DNA from: Squalus acanthias
Lineage: Eukaryota
Direction of reading: 5' to 3'
Length of the DNA stretch: 64,000 bases
Assembly: GCA_030390025.1 (NCBI GenBank)
Contig: CM059426.1
Span: 248,001-312,000 of the forward strand
The notes under the pieces are model-generated. The model was not told where the DNA came from. It saw only the letters and a list, made by a program, of their open reading frames with translations, and made no database searches. The position numbers and the translations under genes were made by a program. Positions 23,991 to 36,265 of the stretch are shown piece by piece. Every line of letters begins with the position of its first letter. Positions within the stretch are counted from its first letter, which is position 1.

Positions 23991-24914
23991 CCTGCCCCTT
24001 CTGCAGCCCATGTATTATTATAGGCTTTACACGTTTATATAATATGAAGGAAGTTCTGCAATAAATACTCCCCGAAGGTCCCTGACATGAATCTTGTCAT
24101 TCATGTGGAAATGACTTATGAAATAATACTGGGCGGCCTGCTGGTGGCGCTGTCCAGGGAGAGTATAAATACTCGGGCATGGGCCCAGCTTGCTCAGGAC
24201 ATTCTTTAACAGGAACTAGTGAAGGACGCAACTAGACCTCCATGTTGAAAAACAGTTGATTAAAGCTTTGTTTAACGCTTAGACCAAGTGCCTAGTAGTT
24301 TTCTTATGTCAGTCCCCAAATGTAATCGCGCAAAAACTCCAGAATTATCAACATGCCAAAGTAATCGTAATGTCCCTACTGCCACCCCAACTGGGATCAA
24401 CTAACTGAGCACACACTAAGATTGAACCTGGGATCTTCCTAATCTGTATGGTTTAGTTTTTACTGGAATAGCGTGCTAAACCATCACAGGGGAGCTCACG
24501 AAGATAAAAGTTTTGTGGTTTACAGTCGCTCATCTGAGTGCTGCTGGGTTGTGGAGCTGCAGAGTAGACAATGCACGTCCTAATTTTGATGGGATTTTTC
24601 ACATCAAATGGTCGGCCTGGCCACATCTAGGAAGTAACTAGGTCAGTCTTCTGAGTGTAATGCAAAGCTGGCCTTTAAAGAACCATTTCCAGCTAATTAA
24701 AACAGCTTTCCAAAAATGCGTTTTCTCATTGCCAAAATGGACAGTGCGAACTGGGAGAATGAAAGAATCAAAAGAAAGAAAGAAAGGCCGTCCCAAAGCT
24801 CTTTACTACCAATGAAGTACTTTTGACGTGTAGAATAGTAAAATATTTTAAAGTTAAATTCAATAACAAAAATGTTTAGAATTGAGGTAGAATCAATAGA
24901 AAATAATAAGGAAT

Positions 24915-25040
24915 AAAATTTGCAGGGTTACGGGGAAAGGGCGGGGGAGTGGGACTAGCTGAAGTGTTCTTGCAGAGAGCCAGCACGGGCTCGACGGGCC
25001 AAATGGCCGCCTTCTGTGCTGTAACCATTCTATGATTCTA
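24915..25040 (+). mobile_element. CR1 3' stub
   Basis: tgcagggttacggggaaagggcgggggagtgg...ctgtaaccattctatgattcta. Confidence 0.85.
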
Positions 25041-27064
25041 AAATTGTACAATTAAAGAGAATAGGAGGTAAAAGGAACAACAGAGAAAGCACAAGTACAG
25101 TCTTTTGCTTTAATATGAAATGGTATTTCAGTTGTTTGGTTTAGTAGTTTAGGGTTAGTAGTACATTGATACAGGTATTAATAATATTTCAGTAACTTTA
25201 TTACTGTAGTAATAATAATGTTTATTTCAGGAACACAGTCCATGAGCTGGAAACAAACAAAACTAGTTTCTCCAGGAGGCAGCAATTTCCCTGAATCTGG
25301 CCAGTATACTAGAAATTAGTACTATTTTACGCAAGCGAGCACTAACCAGCTGTGTAGATGCAGGAGATAGTAGTTTTAAATGTGATGATTCCATTTTATA
25401 TACTTAAAGCATGTAGCGAAATAAGACCTTAGTTAGACTTTCCAGGCTATAGAGATTTTGAAAGCCCTCACTTATCAAAGATGCATTTTATCTTCACACA
25501 ACTGCAGAGGCCCTTTGTTCTTCCTCTTCTGCCCACTTACAGTCCGTTTCAAAGAAGAGAATGAAACTGGATCAGCGAATGATCGAAATCGCCAATTCAG
25601 AATCTCTTTTGTTGGACAATCCATTGAATATCAAGCGGTCAGTCTGAATATTATGAAGGGTTTCACTATACCTTGGGAGTCTGGCATTTCAGCAGATCTT
25701 GTGCGGTGCCACTTTCTACTATCCTCAATGTCAGCGCCTTCCTGTCAAACTACAGGGCCAAAACCCATAAATATAATGGGGTTTACTGTATAATTCTTAT
25801 AAAATCGGTTTAGTGACTCCAAACCTACATTCATTTTTTTTTAAGGAGGCTGTAAAAACTTGCCAGGAAATGAATAAGTGAATATCCTTTCCAAAATGAT
25901 ATGAACCGCTTTGTGTGCAGGTTAGTGTAAGTAAATAAATAATTAGATTGTGTTTGGATGTACAGCCTACGTAGACCGTAAAGAAAGACTTCTGATTTTA
26001 ATGGCCTTTGTTCAATCCTTTTTTTTAAGAGTCTGTTATATAGAAGCAGACAAAAGGGATCATGGCCATTTCTCAAACATGATTAAAAAAAAGGGAGAAT
26101 TAGTGGACCAAAAATAAATCGGTTGTCATCAGGAAAAATCAGATTTGTTTTGTAGTTGTTGCACCAAGTCTCCTTGCGAAGATTCTAAGATAAAACTCTC
26201 TTGATATATTCCAGTGGCTGAAATGTATCAATTGGCATTTCCGCCATGTGTATTACTCTAAGACTTTGAACAAGTTCTGTCAGCACTAAGTGGTTTTACA
26301 CTGTCTTGGAAATGGTGGCTTGAACTACAAGTGTTTTGATTGCTAGACACATGAAAAGAGCCAGCTGTACAAATGACATATAATGCAGGAGATCTTGGTC
26401 TTCTCCGTACAGATGAAGAAAGATTAAAACCTAGGAATTCAGTGTAGTTTTTTTTTACACACACACACACACACTGAACTTTAAACACCCTGAAATTTCA
26501 CACGGCTTTGTTAAGTAATCAATTACCTCACCTTGCATGGGCTGTCTCTGCATATTATTCTGCTCTGTTGCAGTAACTGGTGATGGATTAAAATGACAAG
26601 CAAGATGTGTGTTCTGCTGGACCTTCCATTAATCTCCCTCCTTGTTTGTACAAAGCATGGCTAAATGGTGCCTCAAGGTAAAATACTTGTACCATCTCTC
26701 TGGTTTATCTGTTTATCTTCCAACTACTTAATAATCCATTTGACCTGGCCAGCACACCTAGGCCGGAATTACTCAAGACGGACAGCTACGGATGTTTTTT
26801 CTGGATTGTACTGGTAATGCAGTGAAATCTAACATAATGGTTGAAGAAAAGCTTTTACCAAGATGTTATCTTTTTCTTAAATGTAACTGTCAGCTAAGAT
26901 ACTATTGACAAAAAACTAAAAGGGGCATCAGGGGCTTCAGATTTCTGCACGTTCCCATTGGCTGTAGAAGAAACTATCAAAGAAAATGGAGATTTTTGTT
27001 TTTTTATATTCAGTCTCAGGATGTGGGCATTGCTGGCATTTATTGCCCATCCCTAGTTGCCCTG

Positions 27065-27530
27065 AAAGAATTAAAGACTTTCATTTCTATAGCGCCTTTC
27101 ACAACCTCAGGGCATCCCAAAGCACTTTACAGTCAATGAAGTACATTTGAAGTGTAGTCACTGTTGTAATATAGGAAACGCTGCAGACAATTTGCGCACA
27201 GCAAGGTCCCACAAACAGCAATGTGATAATGACTTGATAATCTGTTTCAGTGACGTTAGTTGAAGGATAAATATTGGCCAGGAGACCAGGGAGAACTCCC
27301 CTGCTCTTCTTCAAAATAGCGGTTTGGGATCTTTTACGTCCACCTGAGAGGGAACATCGGGCCTCTGTGTAAAGTCTCATCTGAAAGATGGCACCTCCGA
27401 CAGTCCAGCACTCCCTCAGTACTGCACTGGAGTGTCAGCCTAGATTATGTGCTCAAGTCTCTGGAGTGGCATGAAACTCACAACCTTCTGACGCGGAGGC
27501 GAGTGTGTTACCAACTGAACCAAGGCTGAG
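27065..27530 (-). mobile_element. Full-length Deu-SINE
   Basis: Collinear reverse complement of 16060-16530. Confidence 0.9.
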
Positions 27531-27559
27531 TTTGATACAACTGAATGGTTTACAAGGCC

Positions 27560-27905
27560 ACATAGAATCATAGAATACAGCATAGAAGGAGCCCATTCAT
27601 CCCATTGTGCCTGTGCCGGCTCTTTGGTAGAGCTATCTAATTAATCCCACTCCCCGGCTCTTTCCCCATAGCCCTGTAAAATTTTTTCCTTCAAGTATTT
27701 ATCCAATTCCCTTTTGAATGTTACTATTGAATCTGCTTCCACCGCCCTTTCAGGCAGTGCATTCCAGATCGCAGCAACTTGCTGTGTAAAAAAATGTTTT
27801 CTCATGTTGCCTTTGGATTACCAACCCTTCTGCCACGGGAAACAGTTTCTCCTTATTTACTCCATCAAAACCGTTGAAGATTTTGAACACCGCTATCAAA
27901 TCTAT
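27560..27905 (-). mobile_element. CR1 3' fragment
   Basis: catagaatcatagaat tail followed by reverse-complement CR1 C-terminus. Confidence 0.8.
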
Positions 27906-28160
27906 CACATGGGTGTGGGTCTGGAGTCACATACAGGCCAGACCGGGTAAGAACGGCAGATTTCCTTCCCCGAAGGACATTAGTGAATCAGTTGGGTTTT
28001 TAGGACAACCCGAAGGTGTCATGGTCACATTTTACTGCTACTCGCTTTTTATTTCCAGATTTTTAAAAGACTGAATTAAAATTCTCAAACTGCCATGGCG
28101 GGATTCGAACTCGTTGGATTACCAATCCTGTAACATAACCATTACGCTACCGTGCCCGTT
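27905..28160 (-). mobile_element. tRNA-derived SINE family C, partial
   Basis: Minus strand starts gggcacggtagcgtaatggttatgttac, B box gttcgaatcc; homologous to 30515-30790. Confidence 0.7.
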
Positions 28161-28897
28161 AGATTCTTTCAACTCTGTAAAACAAACGGCCCCATAATTG
28201 GGGTTCACGTCCATCTCAAATCACTAGAGCTGGAATTCTGATCTTCCAAATGGCCACCAGTGACTACTTAATGACTTGCTCATAAATTTTCATAATTTGT
28301 CACGTGGGGGATCCTTCAGCGAGTTGACAGTTTCTTCCTAATAATCACTGCAAGGCAGTGAGTGTCCTTGAAACACACACTGAAGAATGTAGATTTCTTC
28401 CTGCTGTGGCAGGATGCCATCCCAACAGGAGCACTCATACCTAAACAGCTGGATTGGCTGCAGAGGTTTGAACCTAAAAAGTAACACACTGTAGTGGCAG
28501 CAGAAGAAATTAGCCTGAATAACAAAATGGAAAGTGTCATTAGTAAACCATCTCCATTAGTGGTTTGACTTGTGGCATTTTCCTTATGGTACCACCTTCT
28601 TACATCAAGGAACTTCTTTCTTAGAATTTGCAGGAAGGAATGCTGGATAGAAAGTAGGAAAGAACTTGCAGTGCATTACAGGGTCTCAGGACGTCCCAAA
28701 GTGCTCTATGCCAATGAAGTACTTTTGAACTGTAACCACTGTTGTAATGTAGGGAAATGCAGCAGTCAATTTGCACGCAGCAAGGTCCCACAAACAACAA
28801 TGAGATAATGACCAGATAATCTGTTTTAGTAATGTTGGTTGAGGGATAGATATTGGCTAAAATACTGGGAGAACGCCCCTGCTCTTCTTCAAATAGT

Positions 28898-29090
28898 CAT
28901 GATGCGGAGATGCCGGTGTTGGACTGTATTGGACATAAGTGAGAAGTCGCACAACACCAGGTTATAGTCCAACTGCTTTATTTGAAATCACAAGCTTTCA
29001 GTTCACCTGACGAAGGAGCAGCGCTCCGAAAGCTTGTGATTTCAAATAAAGCTGTTGGACTATAACCTGGTGTTGTGCGACTTCTCACTT
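28898..29090. mobile_element. Penelope family B inverted pseudo-LTR insertion
   Basis: Arms aagtgagaagtc...cacaagctttc and gaaagcttgtg...gacttctcactt; 13-bp TSD ttcttcaaatagt at 28885-28897 and 29091-29103. Confidence 0.9.
29003..29039 (+). ncRNA. Minimal type I hammerhead ribozyme motif
   Basis: UCAC CUGACGA A GGAGC-agc-GCUCC GAAA GC UU GUGA; palindromic AAGCUU stem III. Confidence 0.78.
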
Positions 29091-30514
29091 TTCTTCAAAT
29101 AGTGGCATGGGATCCTGTACGCCCACCTGAGAGGGCAGACAGGACCTCCGTTTAACGTCCCATCCGAAAGACGGCACCTCCGACAGTGCAGCACTCCCTC
29201 AGTACTGCATTAAAGTGTCAGCCTGGATTATGTGCTCAAGTCTCCAGAGTGAAGTTTGAATCTATGATCTTCTAACTCAGAGGCAAGTATGCAACCACTG
29301 AGCCAAGGCTGACACTTCACCAGTGCAGGAAAACTAGCTGAATTTTCCTGTCCCTAATCCAGGGGTGCTGAGGCAAATTGTATCACTGCTACCATTGCTC
29401 ACTAAGTGTGATCATCCTCTAGCCAAACCTCACGGAATGGCAGCAACACGTATGGTGGCTGGACTGGGGTGTAATGTGGATATTTTGATTTGGTGTTTTC
29501 TATTGTTTAGATCAAACCGTTGAATGAATGAGTAGATAGGCTCTGGAACAAAGATTTCCAAGTTGGCTTTTCTTATCTGCAATTTATAGAAACCGTAATC
29601 TGAGGGCAGGACACCTTGGCAAAGTAATGTTTACAATTCAACCATTGCCTTTTCTCTGATTTCACAAATGATCTCAAGTGATAAATATTCCTTTTCAGAA
29701 TTATAATTTAAAAAGATTATTTGAAATGGATAGGGCTGAATTTACTTCTGCAAACACCAAGGGCTGTAAGCTGTAATCAAATACTCCACTGGCCAATTAA
29801 AAAAAAATGCGAAAGATAATTGGTACTCTATTTTTTCAGAGGGTTAAAATAACACCAACATTTTGCACACATTGAACAGAAACCTTTTATCCATCTCATT
29901 CAGGTCTGAGCTTACCGCACATCAAAGCTATAAGCAGAACAGCTGAAACACACAACTAAAGGAAATCTGAGCAAGCAGCTCCCCTGACACAAAGAGACGA
30001 GTGATATCATTCAACCTCGTCGCAAAGCGATTTTATTTAAAATTCCAGCCCATTACTGCGCTGTTAATTTTGAGAAGGACTTCGATAAGAGATCCGAGAC
30101 ACTTTACCAGTCCCATCTCGAATAGTAACTAAAACCCGTCTCCATTTATTCCACTCATTGTTTCATTTGTAGATTAAGTTCTGAAGTTCTTGTAAGGACT
30201 TTCTATCTCGTTAAAACACAGCATCGATGTCATAGTAACTTTCTACATTTAGGTTACCTGATAGGGGACCAATACTTCCTGCTCTACCTTCTCCCTCTCT
30301 TTCCCCTTAAATCAAGTCTTATAATGTAGTTCCATCAGGTGAAATGGAACAAAGGGTCTTTGTCCGATGTCTTGATGCTTGTCCTCCTATCGATCAGAAA
30401 TGGCATTGATTACTGCAGGGTCTCAGTCTGATAGCTAAAAGCATGTCTTCTGACTATGTGCTTCCTTTATATACAATGCCGGCTCTTATTGCGGAATAAT
30501 GCTATCGGTTCCAA

Positions 30515-30910
30515 CTGTGGGTTACGGTAGCATAGTGGTTATGTTACTGGTCTAGTAATCTAGAGGCCTGAACTAATAATCTGGTAGACGGGACTTCAAA
30601 TTTAAATTCAGTTAATTAAATAAATCTGGAATTAAAAAGCTAGTATCTGTAATGGTGACCATGAAACTACCAGATTGTTGTAAAAATCCAATTGGTTCAC
30701 TAATGTCCTTTAGGGAAGGAAACCTGCCGTCCTTACCTACATGTGACTCCAGACCCACAGCAATTTGATTGACTCTTAACTGCCCTCTGAAATGGCTTAG
30801 CAAGCCACTCAGTTGTAACAAAATACTGCTACAACAAAAATCAGCACAAGAACTGCAGCAGTTCAAGAAAGTGGCTCACCATCACCTTCTCAAGGACAAT
30901 TAGGGATGCC
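30515..30910 (+). mobile_element. tRNA-derived SINE family C with a 3' tail shared with LINE family 2
   Basis: A-box-like ggtagcatagtgg; tail gcagttcaagaaagtggctcaccatcaccttctcaaggacaattagggatg matches 11483-11536. Confidence 0.75.
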
Positions 30911-30992
30911 CTTACAAAATGGGGTGTGCAAGAACCACAGTTGCTATTACAGTAGTGTGCTGTTTTAGCATCATGCTTTAACTGAATATAAT

Positions 30993-31755
30993 GGCCCAGA
31001 AATTAGACTTTGATGGTTGCCGCGGGGGTAAGGATCCGGCGCGATCTTACCTACCGCGCCTGCCTTTATGGTTCGGGCCCACACGAACTTCTGGTCCTGG
31101 GCCTCTCCCTGGTGCCGGCGCGCAGTGTGTGCGTGTCCCAGAGGCGCAGTTAGTTCGATGCGACCTCTGGGGTCACGTGGGCCAGTTAGAGCCAATGGCA
31201 GCACACCATCTTTCATTCATAGTTTTGACAGGAGAACTGTCAAAACTATGAATACAACTTGCCCCCAAAAGAACAGCTAAACCTCAATTAAATTAAAAAA
31301 AAACCATCACATTAATAAAATAACTATAGTTAAATAAATTAACCACTTTAAACAAAAATTTAAATTTTTGAAAAAATTTAAGTTCTTTTTAAAAGTTATA
31401 AAAATAAACTTACCTTTCTTTAAAGTCTCTAAAAAAGATAAACCTGTTGAAATTTTTTTAAAATAATACTTAATTAACTACTTACCTTGTTAAAAGGGGG
31501 TCTTACGCCTCCTTTTTTCATGTGTAAAATCTTCCATACTTACCCTCGCGTTCAAACCTGAAAAAAAACCTAAGTGTGCTGCGTGCGCACAGCCTGTAGT
31601 GCGCATGCAGTTCACTTAGGAACCGCCCCCTTCGCAATATCGGAAGTGCCGGTTTCCCGCGCATGCGCAGTGCATGCAGGAAACCGGCATTTCGGGACCG
31701 AATACGGGTGAGTACACAGTGCGTACTCTCCCGTATTCGGCCGAATTTCTGGGCC
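30993..31755. mobile_element. Harbinger-like MITE family M1, copy 1
   Basis: Perfect 12-bp TIR ggcccagaaatt / aatttctgggcc; flanks aat / att; homologous in reverse orientation to 44851-45594. Confidence 0.85.
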
Positions 31756-32414
31756 ATTGTGTTCTCCCCGGGGAACAGTCTGTTCACTGTCAGTCACATT
31801 CAAAAGTAACCAGTTACACTATTGGAATCCCAAGTTCCACAACTACTGTATGGGAGGGATGCAGTGCGTGATATTTTATTAAGGCCTTCTGGAATATTAG
31901 TGGGGAGAGAACTTTTTTTTAAAACTTCTCCTGCCCCTTTGAATTGTCTCTGGCTGTCCAGCCACCGACAGCGAGAACAATGCACTCAAAGAATTTGATG
32001 ACTATTCTGCGTAGCGTTTGAACCAAAGGGCCCTTGCAACTCTCAAACCATCTTGAGCGGCGCCCACTTCGTTTCCCAGAAGAGTGCCCTGACTGAAGGA
32101 ATTCGGGTTTTTGTTATTGTTGAAAAAACACTAACAAACAAGGTTCTCTCCCCTGTTGTTAACACTCTTTATTCACAAGCCAATGATCACAGTGTGAACA
32201 ATTTAAAATGAACCCAGTTGTATTTATTTCTTTTATCTTATTTTAACAGTCCTTTATCATTTCCTAATGGTGTTATCCACTCGGTCTTTCTTGTTGTTGT
32301 TGTAATCTCTGGACCACGAGATGTTTTGACTAGAACACAAACACATTCTTCAAATCAACTGCGGTAAAATTCGGGAAGACTCCCTAAACCGATGTCTTAT
32401 TCTTTATAGATTTT

Positions 32415-33320
32415 TATTTATTTGTTCTCGGGATGTGGGTGACACTGGCAAGGCTGCATTGATTGCCTGTCTCTAGTTGCCGTGAGAAGGGGGTGGACCT
32501 TCTCTTTAAATTGCTGCAGCGCTTGTGCTGATGGTGCTCCCACAATGATGTTAGGTAGGGAATTCTACCTAACACAGGGACTATGTGATCGCACCAGGAT
32601 GGTGTGCGCCTTGGAGAGAAACTTGAAGGTAATGACGTTGCTGCTCTTGTCCACCTCGGTGATAGAAGTTGCAGGGGAAGGAGGTGCTGCTGAAGTAACC
32701 TTGGTGAGTAGCTTCAGTGAATCCTGTAGAGCGTACCCAACGTTCCCTTTAAGCTGTGCGGCCGCGCAGCGCTCTGCAGGCCCCGCACAGCCAGTGAGCC
32801 AGCTTTTAAATTGGAAAAGCCGCGGAATTTTGAATGGCCTGCGCAGCCCGTTAAAGGGGCCGTCTGGGCCAAAACAAAATTAGAGGGAACATCGATCGTG
32901 CCTACTGCACCCACAGTGCACCAGTTGTGGAAGGACTGGATATTGAATCCCACAGCAGGGACACCAATCAGGCAAATTGCTCTGTTTTGGATGGTGTCAA
33001 GTTTCTTGAGTGTTGTTGTGGCTGCACCCATCCAGGTGAATGGTAAGTATTCCATCACACTCCTGACTTGAGCCTTGTAAATGTTGGAGAGGCTTTTTTG
33101 AGGAGTCAGGGAGTGAGCTGCTCATCGCAGAGTACCCAACCTCTGCCCTGCTCTTGTAGCCATGGTGTTCCTATGGCTGGACAAGTTCAGCTCCTGGTCA
33201 ATGGTGAACCTCAAGATGTTGATGGTGAGGGACTTGGCAATGTTGGTGCCACTGAAAGTTAGGGAGAAATGGCTTTCTTGTTTGAGATGGTCATTACCTG
33301 GCACTTATTTAGCACAAACC
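32415..33320 (-). mobile_element. LINE family 2, 3' fragment, decayed and interrupted
   Basis: MEYLPFTWMGAATTTLKKLDTIQ and TINILRFTIDQELN peptides. Confidence 0.8.
32738..32894. mobile_element. Short hAT-like MITE nested in the LINE
   Basis: TIR caacgttccctttaa / ttagagggaacatcg; decayed 8-bp TSD agcgtacc / atcgtgcc. Confidence 0.65.
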
Positions 33321-33604
33321 ATCTGATGTAAAAGTCAAACTCATGAAGACATCATGGAAAGGCAAATTTACACGCGGTTATGGCAGGAATATTAATTTGT
33401 GTTCTCTGAATCTTCTGCTATTTAAGGAAACATTACCCCACAACAAGGAGTTTTCAGGCAGATATTCAATTCTTGATAAAGGCAGGTCCAGCAATGAAGC
33501 GAGAGGGTTCAGCATCAATGCTGGGATAGAAGCAATAGGCCAAAGGATTGGGCAGCATGGGGGACGTTTTGACAACAAGGCAACAAGTGGGGATGGTTCA
33601 GCTG

Positions 33605-34058
33605 TAAGAAAAACTTGCATTTATATAGCACCTTTCACAACCACCGCACATCTCAAAGCACTTTACAGCCAATGAAGTAGAGTCACTGTTGTAATGTGGG
33701 AAACGCGGCAGCCAATTTGCGCACAGCAAGGTCCCACAAACAGCAATGTGATAATGACCAAATAATCTGTTTTTGTTATGTTGGTTGAGGGATAAATATT
33801 GGCTAGGACACCGGGATTAACTCCGCTGCTCTTCTTCGAAATAGTGCCACGAGATCTTTTACATCCACCTGAGAGGGCAGACGGGGCCTCGGTTTAACAT
33901 CTCATCTGAAAGACGTCACCTCTGACAGTGCAGCACTCCCTCAATACTGCACTGGAGTGTCAGCCTAGCTTTATGTGCTTAAGTCCCTGACGTGGGACTT
34001 GAACCCACAACCTTTGGACTCAGAGGTGAGTGTGCTACCCACTGAGCCACAGCTGATA
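33605..34058 (-). mobile_element. Full-length Deu-SINE
   Basis: Collinear reverse complement of 16060-16530. Confidence 0.9.
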
Positions 34059-34074
34059 TGCTAAGCCACAAGCC

Positions 34075-34250
34075 AGGAAGGCTTGGCAATAAGGTGGGAG
34101 GGTTCAATACAAGATGGAAGGATTAGCAATGGGAATTGGTTTCAACAAAAATAGGGGAGGATTTGGTGCAAAAGGGGAGAGCTCAGCAACAAGGGGGAAG
34201 ACTAAGCAACAAAGGGGAAGGGATTGGCAGCAAAGGGAGAGGGGGTAATC
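34075..34250. repeat. Degenerate ~20-bp purine-rich minisatellite; a similar tract at 33470-33600 lies on the other side of the SINE
   Basis: Recurring agcaacaaggggg(a)ag-like units. Confidence 0.45.
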
Positions 34251-35759
34251 AATAATTGAATAAACTTACCTGTACGAGTAATGGGAGAATACTGGTCAAG
34301 CCCAACCCTGCCATCAGCCAATGCCTATGCATGTTCCAGCAGGGGTTCACTAGATAGCAATTACAAGAAGCAACCCTGGCTGATCTTCCTCCTTTGCTAG
34401 GCATGGGACACTGAGGCCAACTGTAGCAATCCTAACGTCACCATGGCCAAGATCAGTTAACTCAACAGAGACTGGAGATCTAACCTGGGACCACCGAGAC
34501 CGTACCGCTCATTACCACAACACATCCTGTGCCCACAGAGCCATCGAGAGACCCCCAGATTCACTTTGAATGCTGTTAGAAAAAACCCAAAGAAAATCAC
34601 CAGAAAATATTTGAAACTGAAGCCCGCTGAATTTTAGGAATTGCATTGTTTTCCAAAGCCTAAACATACCTTTTGAGTGTTCTGACTGTTTCTCTATGCT
34701 CAGAATCTATTTTGTGTCATTTTACTCTCCTGTATAGCACAGACACATTGCTATCACATTACATGACTGTGTGTGTGTGTGGGGAGGGGGGGGGGGGTTT
34801 CTGCATGTTTGATTGTGGGTGAAGGGCTGTTGCTTAAAGTGGTTTTGCTGTCCACTTAAAATATGGGTAGTGCTTCTCGTACACCAGCTCTTTCACCATT
34901 TTAAGGGATGTGGTGTTCTTTTTAAATATTTCATTTTGACTGGCCGCTGTTTAACACGAGCAGGCTAACAGCACTGCAGGTATCCCACGATGTCTTTTTC
35001 TTTCCACGCTGGCTCTGCCCTGAAGGGGAAAGGAAAGTGCTGGAGTTTTATCGTGTGTCTGTAATTGACCTGTGACAACCATGTCATTAGGGGGGGGGGG
35101 GGGGGGGGGCGGGGTGGTGGAGAGGGGAGGGGCTCACCTCATTCCAACACACTCATTCGAGGTTTGTGTTGTCACCTTAGGCATTCACGGTCCGCTTCCT
35201 TCAGACTAGCCTGAAACAAGGGCTGGTTTTGGTCCACTTGGCCATAAAATAAAGCTGTAGTGAATTACTCAACAGGTTTTATGTCAGAATAGGGAAATTC
35301 ATTAAAGCACAAGGTAAAAGGGCAAATGCTTCAGTTAGCTCAGGGCCCATGTTTGCCGTACAGAACTTGCTGGATTATTTTTACAGCCATTTGCACGTGG
35401 TACAGAATGAGAGGTTTTTACTTTCCTGCACTGTATTTTTATAGTGAACAGATCAAATTTTATTGTAATAGTTTTAGGAATTTGCTCTTCAACCCCCTTT
35501 ATCAGGAATTAAAGGAGTTAATAAAATCGGGACAATGTCAATGATTTGGGCCAGTACCTCTGACATCCACTTAATGCCACACTAAAGATGTCTGACCTGA
35601 TGTAAAAATGTTATTGGGTAGTGAAAACAAGGGTGTCATAAATGTCAATGAAGCCAGATTGTTGTCACCCAGCAATTCCTGAATCATAACATGGTGGAGT
35701 TACCTGTTGGGTACATTTGGCTCACTTGGTTGAGAGGCCTTAAGGTACTCAGTGCGGCA

Positions 35760-36265
35760 CAGAATCATAGAAAGTTACAGCACGGAAGGAGGCCATTTCA
35801 GCCCATTGTGTCCGTGCCGGCCAACAAAGAGCTATCCAGCCTAATCCCACTTCCCAGCTCTTGGTCCATAGCCCTGCAGGTTACAGCATCCCAAGTGCAC
35901 ATCCAAGTACTTTATAAATGTGGTTAGGGTTCCTGCCTCTACCACCCTTTCAGGCAGTGAGTTCCAGACCCCCACAACCCTCTGGGTGAAGAAATATCCC
36001 CTCTAAACCATCCCCCAATTACTTTAAATCTGTGTCCCCTGGTTTTTGACCCCTCTGCTAAGGGAAATAGGTCCTTTCTATCCACTTTATCTAGGCCCCT
36101 CATAATTTTATACACCTCAATAAGGTCTCCCCTCAGCCTCCTCTGTTCCAAGGAAAACAAACCCAGCCTATCCAGTCTTTCCTCATAGCTAAGATTCTCT
36201 ACTCCCGGCAACATCCCTGTAAATCTCCTCAGTATCCTCTCTAGTGCAATCACATCTTTCCTGCA
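35760..36265 (-). mobile_element. CR1 3' fragment
   Basis: ORF 35939-36253: RRFTGMLPG...LGLFSLEQRRLRGDLIEVYKI...TRGH. Confidence 0.9.

Larger units (their letters stand above)
28655..29315 (-). mobile_element. Full-length Deu-SINE interrupted by a Penelope hairpin
   Basis: Collinear with other copies on both sides of the insert. Confidence 0.9.

Noticed and set aside
35088-35132. G-quadruplex element (also G runs near 4335, 8820, 34785 and 52160)
   Set aside because: Simple poly-G tracts are common throughout the window; there is no evidence of specific function and their lengths are error-prone.
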